A stretch of DNA of 63,000 nt, filler included, from an uncultured Methanosarcinales archaeon (GTDB taxonomy: Archaea; Nanobdellota; Nanobdellia; Woesearchaeales; BS150m-G63), in assembly GCA_964630685.1 (NCBI GenBank). It is 4 parts of 4 records of this genome, joined end to end, with 100 filler letters (N's around TTAATTAATTAA, not from the genome) between each part and the next. Parts side by side here need not be neighbours in the genome. Positions count along the whole stretch, not along the records: positions 1 to 26,629 come from CAZVVW010000012.1; positions 26,730 to 47,743 come from CAZVVW010000014.1; 2 more parts are not named here. One strand, given 5' to 3'. The first letter of the stretch is position 1; the number at the start of each line of letters is the position of its first letter. A model generated the notes under the pieces. That model searched no databases. It saw only the letters and a program-made list of their open reading frames with translations, and had not been told where the DNA came from. The position numbers were made by a program, and so were the translations under genes. Shown piece by piece: positions 19,004 to 27,841 of this stretch.

Positions 19004-21163
19004 TTAACGGCAACCGTCTGATTGATTGACATAAGAGTAAACGCAATTGCTTGGACAGTAGTTTCCTGTTGAAACAACTGTTATTTCTACAGGTCCATTG
19101 CACATATTTCCCCTATTAGCACATTTTACTTTAATTTGTCTTTTGAATAATTCTTTCATGTCGTCTGTGCTTGAGAGTCCTGTTGAAGGATTTATGTTTT
19201 GCGCTGATATTATTCCTGCGGGATCGATGTGTCTTGGGTCAGAAGAGTTGAAGTTGAAAAGACAACCATAATCAGTTAATTCATAGCAAGGTTCTCCTGT
19301 TTTAACAGAACCGTAAGTTGAGCCATCTGTCCCATCAGAACAACAAGTATGGTTTGCCATCAAAGGGTCGCTTGTTTGTAAATCTGGGTAAAGATCATTG
19401 GGATAATTATGGAAGGGGTATGAAGGAGAAGGATTTCTGTGAGGTATACAATTGTAAACTTCTATTTCTTTTTGGTATTGGCCGAGAGTGGATTCTTGAT
19501 TTTTTGTTTTTAATATTACTGGGTGATCTCCTATCTGTGTTGTGAACTGAGTTGGTGAATTGATGTTTCCTATGAGTAAAGGGAATTCTATTATTTCGTT
19601 TTCATAATTATAATCATATTCTTTATTTTGTTTTTCTAATTCCCATCTGAATAAAAGATTGGAAGAGCCAAAATAATCTGTTGTGAGTGATGCATTGAGT
19701 GTAAATGGGTCTTCTATAGATGCTTTATCATGTGGGATATCTGAGTAAGGTGTGCTTCCGAAGAAATATACCTTTGGTCTGTCGTCAACCATTATGCTTA
19801 CTGTTTGTTCATCTTTTAATCCAAAGAAATCGACTACTTTGATGGTTATTTCATGTGGTCCGACGTCTTCGTGTTTTGCCTGGTAGTTTGCTTTTCTATT
19901 TGTATCTTTGTAATTTGTTGAACTGTGCCAGATGTTTGTTGTTATATTAAATGATTCTTGGTGTGGTGTTGGATTATCTGCTGTTGTGGTGAATAATGTG
20001 TCATAATCTGCTTTCCAACCAGAATATTTGTAAAACATGGGTTGATTGTCTGGATCATAAGCTATAGGATCTAAGAATATTTCTTCTCCTTCTGTTACAC
20101 AGATGTTATAATATGTTCCGTCAATGTAACAATTGTCTGGATTGTAATAATCTAATGCGGGTTGTCTGTTTTTAATTGCAAATCTGAATAAATAATTGTT
20201 CCCGTCTATTTTTGAGTAGGTATCATTGATAGTGTAAATGTAGGCTGATTCATCTTTAGCTGGTTCTATAGAATATGTAAGATATGGTGTCCTTAAATCA
20301 TATGCGTCGCTGATTAGATTGAATGATATGTAGTTTATTTCTTGATTGATTATTTTTCTTGCTACATCGTACACTGATTTTAATCTTATTGGGAGTTTTG
20401 TTGAAAACGTTTGCATCTTTGTTTCTGCATCATATCCTTGGAGACTAATGATTAAAGGAAATTGTAAGTTTGTTGTCATATCTTCGTTACCTATAATTAT
20501 ATCTACTGTTGCGTTTCCTGCAGAGATGTTGTATGTTGTTAATTCTGAAACATTTATGCAGTTTTCTATCTCTTTTGCTATGAATGATTCTAATTGTTGT
20601 TCTATTGAGAATCCAGTACATTCTTCACAAAAACAATCGTAGCCTGCCCTACTGTAATTGTAAATACTACAAAGATCTGGATTTATGCTTCTTGTTGGAT
20701 CTCCTGTTGAGCCAAAAGTATAATAGGGGAGTGTGTGGGTGTAATGCTCATAACAAAAATCTCCCATCATGATTGGGGGTACATTTGCATTTGAGGTGTA
20801 ACACGGATAAAGGAAACTTGCTTCTGTGAAATAATTGTTTGGGGGATATATTTGATACGCAATTCTTTGGTTGTCTTTTGTTGTTGATGGAATGTCCCAA
20901 TCAATTATACTACCTGGTTGATCTTGAAAGAAAAAACCACCTTGAAGACTGATTGTTTTTACTGCTTTTTTTGTTGATTGGTCTAAGCATTTTTCTATGT
21001 ATCTAGTTAAAGGGGTTTTTTGGAGAAGGTCTGTATAAACCATGTCTGCTGTTTTTTTAGATCTTGTTTCAGCTATGTTCTGTGTTAGGTTGAATAAAAG
21101 CAAGAAAGCTGCTAAAAGCACTATTGCTATGAGTAAGAATATTGTAACTTGTGCTTTTTTCAT
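19004..21163 (-). CDS. Large pilin-like protein (719 aa) with PKD/Ig-like C-terminal part
   Basis: MKKA|QVTIFLLIAIVLLAAFLLLF; AYDPDN and LNASLTTD...FRW motifs. Confidence 0.85.
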   Translation of the reverse strand: MKKAQVTIFLLIAIVLLAAFLLLFNLTQNIAETRSKKTADMVYTDLLQKTPLTRYIEKCLDQSTKKAVKTISLQGGFFFQDQPGSIIDWDIPSTTKDNQRIAYQIYPPNNYFTEASFLYPCYTSNANVPPIMMGDFCYEHYTHTLPYYTFGSTGDPTRSINPDLCSIYNYSRAGYDCFCEECTGFSIEQQLESFIAKEIENCINVSELTTYNISAGNATVDIIIGNEDMTTNLQFPLIISLQGYDAETKMQTFSTKLPIRLKSVYDVARKIINQEINYISFNLISDAYDLRTPYLTYSIEPAKDESAYIYTINDTYSKIDGNNYLFRFAIKNRQPALDYYNPDNCYIDGTYYNICVTEGEEIFLDPIAYDPDNQPMFYKYSGWKADYDTLFTTTADNPTPHQESFNITTNIWHSSTNYKDTNRKANYQAKHEDVGPHEITIKVVDFFGLKDEQTVSIMVDDRPKVYFFGSTPYSDIPHDKASIEDPFTLNASLTTDYFGSSNLLFRWELEKQNKEYDYNYENEIIEFPLLIGNINSPTQFTTQIGDHPVILKTKNQESTLGQYQKEIEVYNCIPHRNPSPSYPFHNYPNDLYPDLQTSDPLMANHTCCSDGTDGSTYGSVKTGEPCYELTDYGCLFNFNSSDPRHIDPAGIISAQNINPSTGLSSTDDMKELFKRQIKVKCANRGNMCNGPVEITVVSTGNYCPSNCVYSYVNQSDGCR

Positions 21164-21178
21164 AAAGGTCCCTCTTTT

Positions 21179-24100
21179 TTATATTTTGGGTCTTAGTTTA
21201 GATGTTAGTTTTGGCCACATGTTTACCCCTTCAGGCAATCCTGAAACAACATAGTGACTTCCGCCCTGTTCTGTGCATTGAAGATAATCTGCTTCCCCTA
21301 TTGATTTATCATAAGATTCTATTGAATCACAAACATCTGCGCCAACCCCAGTATATTTTACTGTAATGTGTTCTCTTCCTGAACTTGGCCAAACATTTTC
21401 TGTTATTGCTATTATTTGTTGTTGGTTTGACACATATAATTTATTGAAATCTTTGGTGTCTTCGATGAAATTATAGGTCAAGTCAAAACCATATGTTGGT
21501 TCCCAGTCAAAAATAAAGTTAAATAAATTATTGAAGTAAGATGCTATTGTTTGGTCTGGTTCTTGGAAACTTAAAGACTCTCTTGAATAGATTATTGAGT
21601 TTGTTTTGTTGTTAAAGTAAATGTTTGATGAGCCACATTTTTGGTATGTGCTTCCACTTTCTGAACATGTTGAAGGTTCTTCAAATACGTTTAAGAAGTT
21701 TGTTGGGTCTCCGAGATTTACTTGGTGATTTATTGTTGTTCCAATTATTAAATTGTCTTCACTATATCTTACTACGCAGAAATTATTTGCAGATTCAAAT
21801 GGTTGAAGTCCTGTTCTTTCTTGTCTTGGATATTTTATGTAGTCTTCTGCGTTTGTGAAAATAGTGTAATTAAATGTGTTGAGTGTGTTTCCGTAATTGT
21901 CGCAGTAAATGGTGTATTCATCTTCTCTTTCCATTAGACTGAGTAATTGTAGTGCTAAGAATTTTGTTCTTGACGTCCATTGACCTTCTTCGCAGTAATG
22001 ATCTCCGATGTAGGTGTCTGAATCCACACATTGAGGATTACTGAATTCTTCATATATTCCAGAAGGATTTACTAAACATTGATCGTTTCTTGGGCACCAA
22101 CCAGATACTGTGTTGTCCCAGTTGTATTTTAGATATGAATAATACCATTCTCCGAATACACAACGATAACCATTTTCTACTGACCTAAATGGTGCGCTTA
22201 ATGCATTTGCATGTTGGGTTTCTATACATTGTTGTTCATCCCAACATTGAGTTGGTTCACAACACTCTGCTCTTTTGAGCCCTTCTCCAACGGGCCATTC
22301 CGTATAACTAAGGTGGGTCAGGTTTTTTCCCCCTGTTTCTTCCCATTTTTCTTCATAAGAACAGTAGTATTTTCCTACTGATTCGTCTCCTGTTTCGTCA
22401 ATTATATCACAGTAGGCGTGGTCTTGGATTAATAGCTCATTACATGTTCCATATGATGCGTAACCCGTTATTAGTGGTGTTTGTTGTTGTTGTTTTGTTG
22501 GTGGTGCGATTGGTTTGATTTGTGTGTTATAAACAACTGCACCTTCACCGCCACCTCCGCCTTTGCTTTGATCATTGTGTACTAAAACACCATTAGTAAA
22601 ATAATTTCTTGGTTCTTTTTCTAATTCTAAATTGTATTCTGTTTTGAAGTGTCCAATAGGTTGAATTATTTTAATAAACACTTGTTCTGTTTGTTTTGTT
22701 CTTTTGTTATAATAAGAGAATGGTTCTTGTTTGGTGAATGTATGTAGTTGTTTGAATTTTTCTTCTGCTGAAGAATAAAATGCATGATTTAATGTAACAT
22801 ATAATTTCTCATTATTGGAAAGAGTTAGTATTACTCCATCATCTTTGTAATCTTCATGGACTAATGGTTTTTTGACTGTATTTTTGACTAATTGAGCTGT
22901 TTCTGTATTATATGAATAAACTAAATCTCCTTTTTTTAGTTTTTCTATAGCTTTTTCTCCTTTAGGAGTTAATATTTTGGTGCCTTGCAGGAAACAGCCG
23001 CCTTCGCCGCCTCCTGAACCGCCTCCTGAACCACCACCGGAACCGCCACCGGAACCACCTCCGGAACCACCTCCGGAACCGCCTCCGGAACCACCTCCGG
23101 AACCACCTCCGGAACCACCTCCGGAACCACCTCCGCCTCCGCCACCATTAGTACATTGATCATTTGAACAAGATTGACCCTCTGAACAAATTCCACAACT
23201 TCCACCACAATCATCATCTCCACATTCTTTTCCATTACAATCTGGTTGGCAGATATCCCCACCTAAATGGGTGCATTCTCTTTCTGCTCCAGATGGCTGT
23301 AATGCATATCCTGGATTGGGGCAGTTTTTCATTGTTATTAAAAAATCATTTTCGTGTTTTCCTGCTTCTGGAAAACTTCCATCATAAGGTTTGTTTGTAT
23401 CTGTGTTATAGTATTCTGGGAAAGTATAGGGTTTTGCACCTTCTGTACATCCGCCGTATCTTCCTGAACAATGGTTGCTTAATGCTGTTTGATCGTTTAA
23501 TGCACAGCCGTGTTGGGTTCCGTTCATAACATAGACTTCTGTGTAAGTGTGATTGTCTTTGAAAACAAATGCGTTGTTTGGCTGATAAAGAGATCTAAAA
23601 CATACTCCGTTTCCTTCTGGATCGTTGTATGATTCGTAATCTGGCATTGTTTTATTGTCGTCTGCTTCAGAACAGCAGAAATTATGCGTTGTGTCTCCTT
23701 GTAAATGGTATTCATTTTTGCCTGTCCAGACGAATCCTGCAGATTCACAGGTGTTTTTATTTGTTAAGTCTAAATCTGTTGTCCAGAGAGTGCTTTGTGT
23801 AGATAATGTGCTAACTGGTTCATCACTTATGGTGGTATCTGTAAAATGTGCACAATAATATATTTTGTTTCCTGGAAATTTGAATGATTCTCCTGTTGAA
23901 AATTGAATTCCGCTTTGAGATGATCTTGCTGCCCTATCCCCATGACATTCATATATTGTATATTGTTTAGAGCTATTGGGTGGAGATGTACAAAAATAAC
24001 TTGTTTTCCATCCATCTAAGAATGTGAATCTTTTTTCGTTTTGAAAGAAATTTCCTGTGAACTGATATTGACTGGTTTCTGTTGGGCATTGGATGTTTAT

Positions 24101-25150
24101 TCCGCAACCCCACCAATTGTATCCATCAGACATTGATTCCATCCCATTTTGAGGTATGCAAGGTAAAAAAACTATGTCCCCTTCTTCATCTGCCGCGTTG
24201 TGCCAAAGGCTATTATTGTTACTTGTTTCGTGAACATTACATAAATATTGTTTTCCTGCAACTAGTTTTCCACAATCATGATAGTTATTGTATCCATCCC
24301 CATTTGAAGTAAATGTTCCATTGTGGTCTCTATCTGAATACCACATCCCATTATCATCACCACAACAGTGAGCAATGTTGTTCCATTCTCTTAAATTAGG
24401 GTTATCATTATCTACACCTAATGCGCAACCAGTACAAAACTTATCGCTGAAGTCTGGTTCGTCTACGTGTTGGTAGAGAAAATCAGGACGATAATTTGGG
24501 TCTGGTCCCTCTGTTAATCCTCTTTGAATATAATCGTCTCCACAACATTCTTCTGTTTCTGAGTCCCAATATCTTTGATAAAATGTTTTTTCTTCGTTGG
24601 ATAAATCATAACCTAATTGACATGTGGTACTGCATTGAAAGGTGTCTGCGTCAGGATCACAAAAACCAATTGTCATGTTTCTGTAATCTTGATCTACTAA
24701 TGTTTCTCCTGAAATTCCTTGAAAAACTGCGTTTTCATCACTATATGTTCCACTATAAGTGATATTATCAAACTCTTCATATAGTTCGAAAAAAAGTTTA
24801 TAATCTGAAAGGTGGTCGCTGTTGTCTGGGTCTTTCATGTATGTACAAAGAGAGTTTCCCATGGAACTATGGCAAAGATCATAAGAATCATCAAAGATGA
24901 TGACATTGGATGTGAAGTTTCCTCCTGAGATGGATTCAGGGGTTAATATTTGTAAATTAAATGCTGGGACACCTGAAAGGGTAAAGTTTGCTGATTCATC
25001 TGCTGGGTAATATTTGTATTTGAAGTATGTGTGGTTGTCTTCTGCAATTACTTCACCAACAGAATTGATCAAAAACATTAAAACAGCACAAATTAAAAAG
25101 AACTTAAAGAAAATCCGTTTCCTCTTTTTAGTGACTCCTCTTTTTTTCAT
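21179..25150 (-). CDS. Large Cys-rich secreted protein with (GGGS)n linker and internal Hint (BIL/intein-like) domain
   Basis: N-terminal hydrophobic helix; CCGDD repeats; CFLQGTKI...VTLNHAF...NYFTNGVLVHN. Confidence 0.85.
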   Translation of the reverse strand: MKKRGVTKKRKRIFFKFFLICAVLMFLINSVGEVIAEDNHTYFKYKYYPADESANFTLSGVPAFNLQILTPESISGGNFTSNVIIFDDSYDLCHSSMGNSLCTYMKDPDNSDHLSDYKLFFELYEEFDNITYSGTYSDENAVFQGISGETLVDQDYRNMTIGFCDPDADTFQCSTTCQLGYDLSNEEKTFYQRYWDSETEECCGDDYIQRGLTEGPDPNYRPDFLYQHVDEPDFSDKFCTGCALGVDNDNPNLREWNNIAHCCGDDNGMWYSDRDHNGTFTSNGDGYNNYHDCGKLVAGKQYLCNVHETSNNNSLWHNAADEEGDIVFLPCIPQNGMESMSDGYNWWGCGINIQCPTETSQYQFTGNFFQNEKRFTFLDGWKTSYFCTSPPNSSKQYTIYECHGDRAARSSQSGIQFSTGESFKFPGNKIYYCAHFTDTTISDEPVSTLSTQSTLWTTDLDLTNKNTCESAGFVWTGKNEYHLQGDTTHNFCCSEADDNKTMPDYESYNDPEGNGVCFRSLYQPNNAFVFKDNHTYTEVYVMNGTQHGCALNDQTALSNHCSGRYGGCTEGAKPYTFPEYYNTDTNKPYDGSFPEAGKHENDFLITMKNCPNPGYALQPSGAERECTHLGGDICQPDCNGKECGDDDCGGSCGICSEGQSCSNDQCTNGGGGGGGSGGGSGGGSGGGSGGGSGGGSGGGSGGGSGGGSGGGSGGGEGGCFLQGTKILTPKGEKAIEKLKKGDLVYSYNTETAQLVKNTVKKPLVHEDYKDDGVILTLSNNEKLYVTLNHAFYSSAEEKFKQLHTFTKQEPFSYYNKRTKQTEQVFIKIIQPIGHFKTEYNLELEKEPRNYFTNGVLVHNDQSKGGGGGEGAVVYNTQIKPIAPPTKQQQQTPLITGYASYGTCNELLIQDHAYCDIIDETGDESVGKYYCSYEEKWEETGGKNLTHLSYTEWPVGEGLKRAECCEPTQCWDEQQCIETQHANALSAPFRSVENGYRCVFGEWYYSYLKYNWDNTVSGWCPRNDQCLVNPSGIYEEFSNPQCVDSDTYIGDHYCEEGQWTSRTKFLALQLLSLMEREDEYTIYCDNYGNTLNTFNYTIFTNAEDYIKYPRQERTGLQPFESANNFCVVRYSEDNLIIGTTINHQVNLGDPTNFLNVFEEPSTCSESGSTYQKCGSSNIYFNNKTNSIIYSRESLSFQEPDQTIASYFNNLFNFIFDWEPTYGFDLTYNFIEDTKDFNKLYVSNQQQIIAITENVWPSSGREHITVKYTGVGADVCDSIESYDKSIGEADYLQCTEQGGSHYVVSGLPEGVNMWPKLTSKLRPKI
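22574..22996 (-). other. Hint domain (141 aa, no endonuclease), Cys1...His-Asn followed by Asp
   Basis: Block A CFLQGTKI, block B TLNH, block G VLVHN|D. Confidence 0.9.
22997..23146 (-). repeat. 12-bp coding tandem repeat encoding ~10 GGGS units
   Basis: GGAACCACCTCC-type units; local GC spike. Confidence 0.95.
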
Positions 25151-25188
25151 GGGTAAATATTTAAATAATAGGGATATATATTAATGTT

Positions 25189-26280
25189 ATGGATATTTTA
25201 TATTTATTTCTGCCGGCGATATTATTGTTGGGTGCTGTTGTTAGCTATGAAGATATAAAAATAGGCAAAATAAGAAATAAGTGGGTTGTTTTAGGGGCTT
25301 TGGTTGCTTTGTTATTATGGCTCGGGCTGTATCTCTTTAAGGTTGTGAGTCTAAATTATGTTATGTTGGTTTTTGTTTATTCTTTGGCTGCACTAGGAAT
25401 TGGTTTTTTTATATGGTTTATTGGATTATGGAGTGCAGGGGATGCCAAATTATATTTTGCTTTTAGTTTACTGATTCCTTTGTCCAGTTATAGGTATAGT
25501 GAAGGTTTTCCATTCATTACTCTTTTGGCAAATATTATCTTACCCATTTTTGTTTTTTTGGTGGTGAAAATATTAATAAAAAGTAGTTGGAATCAAAAAT
25601 TAATTGTTGTCAAAGGGATTTTGAGACCAAAAAGGCTTGGGGGTTTTGTGTTGGTAATATTTAGTCTTGTGTGGATATCTGGGTATTTGTTTCATTTAAT
25701 CAATATAAGGCCAAATTATGTTTTTAATATAATTGCTATAATGGGTTTGAATAAATTGTTGGGTGAATTGCTTAAATATAAATTTTTTAAAGAAAAGAAG
25801 ATCACTGTTACTAAATTTTTAATGGTTATTTGTATTTTAAGGGTTGTTTTTGAGTATCAATTAATTTTAACTTGGGTGTTTTGGAAGAGTTTCCTATTAT
25901 TAACTATGGGTTATGCTTTAATTAGAATGTTTATTAGTGATCTTGAAGGTATTTTTTCTAAAAAAATAGATGTGCGAAATCTGAAAGAGGGGGATGTGTT
26001 GGCAGAGATGATTACAAAAAATGGTGAAAAGAAAACAATTAGTGATTTTGGTTATTCCCAGATGGGGCAGAAAGACTCTTTATTTGAATTGGATTATTCT
26101 GGTTTAAAGGAAAATGAAATTAAAATGATAAAAAAATTATATAAAAGGAAGAAATTGATGTTTAAGAATATATTGATGCAAGAGACTATGCCCTTTGCGC
26201 CTTTTATCTTTTTAGGGGCTTTATTGACTTTGATGTTGAAAGGAAATGTAGTGGTTGTGTTGATGTTGTTCTTTTATTAG
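25189..26280 (+). CDS. Archaeal prepilin peptidase (A24 family, long EppA-like form)
   Basis: SYEDIK...IRNK, WSAGDAKL catalytic Asp motifs; many TM helices; LKEGDVLAE and PFAPFIFLG C-terminal motifs. Confidence 0.9.
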   Translation: MDILYLFLPAILLLGAVVSYEDIKIGKIRNKWVVLGALVALLLWLGLYLFKVVSLNYVMLVFVYSLAALGIGFFIWFIGLWSAGDAKLYFAFSLLIPLSSYRYSEGFPFITLLANIILPIFVFLVVKILIKSSWNQKLIVVKGILRPKRLGGFVLVIFSLVWISGYLFHLINIRPNYVFNIIAIMGLNKLLGELLKYKFFKEKKITVTKFLMVICILRVVFEYQLILTWVFWKSFLLLTMGYALIRMFISDLEGIFSKKIDVRNLKEGDVLAEMITKNGEKKTISDFGYSQMGQKDSLFELDYSGLKENEIKMIKKLYKRKKLMFKNILMQETMPFAPFIFLGALLTLMLKGNVVVVLMLFFY

Positions 26281-26318
26281 AAATGTTTAAATAGGTCTTG
26301 AATATTGATATTGTGGGG

Positions 26319-26629
26319 ATGGAAAAACTAAATAAATTGGGGAATATTGAAATTGATGATGTTAATGGATTTGCGGTATTTTCTATAAATCCAGAGATAT
26401 ATCCATTGGAATTGGTGTATTCTGCAGCATATATTATGATTGATAAAGCATTTATTATATTAGATGGTGATCCTGATAAAGAGATTTTGGTTGAAATAAG
26501 AAAAAAAACGGAGGATCAAAATTTAAATGAATTAGTTAGAGAATTTAATGAAGAACTACTAAATTATGCAACTTACAAAACTCAAACTGAAAAGAATAAG
26601 GGTATTAGGGAGATGATTCTGCAAAGAGT
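26319..26629 (+). CDS. HxsD-like protein, truncated by contig end
   Basis: INPEIYPLELVYSAAY...EFNEELLNY...IREMILQR resembles His-Xaa-Ser system protein HxsD. Confidence 0.6.
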
Positions 26630-26729
26630 NNNNNNNNNNNNNNNNNNNNNNNNNNNNNNNNNNNNNNNNNNNNTTAATTAATTAANNNNNNNNNNNNNNN
26701 NNNNNNNNNNNNNNNNNNNNNNNNNNNNN
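26630..26729. other. Artificial contig linker
   Basis: N44-TTAATTAATTAA-N44. Confidence 0.98.
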
Positions 26730-26786
<57 letters not shown>

Positions 26787-26848
26787 GAATGATTATTCAG
26801 TAAGGTTTATATATTTTACTTGTGTTGAAGGGGTTAAAGAGGTATTAA

Positions 26849-27067
26849 ATGATTAAAAAAGTTAAAAATATATTTGTATTTTTTATGAAACTTATTGTGA
26901 TTTCTCTATTTTTGATGTTTGCACTCTCCTATATTGTGTTGATTTTGTATGGCAGATTTGATATATTGTTTCCGCTGTTGATGATTTTATTTATCCCTTT
27001 GACAATTGTGAGATATATATGGAAATATCTTAAATGGAAAGAGGACAAGAGAAAGAAAAAGTTATAG
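26849..27067 (+). CDS. Small two-TM membrane protein
   Basis: Two hydrophobic segments, basic tail, GAGGT RBS. Confidence 0.65.
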   Translation: MIKKVKNIFVFFMKLIVISLFLMFALSYIVLILYGRFDILFPLLMILFIPLTIVRYIWKYLKWKEDKRKKKL

Positions 27068-27104
27068 GGTAAATTATTTAAACTCGTTCTCTTTTTGTTT
27101 TGTT

Positions 27105-27755
27105 ATGGCTAAATTAGTTGCGATAGATGAAGCTGGTAGGGGTCCGGTTATAGGTCCAATGGTTCTTTGTGGAGTTATGATGGATGATAAAGAACAGTTT
27201 AAATTGAAACTGCTTGGTGCAAGAGATTCTAAATTACTTAGTCCAGCTAAAAGAAAAGAAGTTTTTGAGATATTGAAAAAAGAAATCGATTATAAGGTGA
27301 TAGTTGTCCACCCTAAAGAAATAGATAATACTTTGTTTTCTGAAAACACTAATCTGAACTGGCTTGAAGCAGATAAATCTGTAGAGATAATAAATCATTT
27401 TAAGCCAGACAGGATTATCTTGGATTGTCCAAGTAATAATAGGGAAGCTTACGCTAAATATGTTAGAGATAGGTTAGTGAAAAAAGATGCAGAGATAAAA
27501 GCAGAGTTCAAAGCAGATAGTAAATATTTCATTGTTGGTGCTGCTTCAATTATAGCCAAAGTTACAAGAGATGAAATAATTGAGAATTTAAAGAAAAAAC
27601 ATAATATTGAATTTGGTTCTGGTTATCCTTCTGATGAAAAAACAAGAGATTTTTTAAAAAAGAATTATAATAAATACAATTTTTTTAGAAAAAGTTGGGC
27701 TTCTTATAAAAATGTAGCAATGAAGTCTTCTCAAAAAGGTTTGGGAGAATTTTAG
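27105..27755 (+). CDS. rnhB: Ribonuclease HII
   Basis: IDEAGRGPVIGP, DSKLL, AASIIAKVTRD, GSGYPSD; C-terminal PIP-like QKGLGEF. Confidence 0.97.
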   Translation: MAKLVAIDEAGRGPVIGPMVLCGVMMDDKEQFKLKLLGARDSKLLSPAKRKEVFEILKKEIDYKVIVVHPKEIDNTLFSENTNLNWLEADKSVEIINHFKPDRIILDCPSNNREAYAKYVRDRLVKKDAEIKAEFKADSKYFIVGAASIIAKVTRDEIIENLKKKHNIEFGSGYPSDEKTRDFLKKNYNKYNFFRKSWASYKNVAMKSSQKGLGEF

Positions 27756-27841
27756 TTTTTTACTCTAGAAAACTTTATAAAGGTTAACCGTCTTTAAAAT
27801 TATACTTTTTAGAGGAATTTTTTAAAAAAGGTGAGAAGAGA

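Noticed and set aside
22997..23146. Synthetic (GGGS)n linker or vector contamination
   Set aside because: In frame within a long native ORF, with mixed codons and no other vector features
22969..23262. Alternative-frame ORFs with (VVPE)n and (PPPE)n repeats
   Set aside because: Shadows of the GGGS linker repeat in the 1323-aa gene
962..24762. Numerous short plus-strand ORFs antisense to the pilin/adhesin genes
   Set aside because: Fully overlapped by long, motif-bearing minus-strand genes
26674..26685. TTAATTAATTAA palindromes within N-runs (also at the two other linkers)
   Set aside because: Artificial all-frame-stop contig linkers; adjacency across them carries no biological meaning
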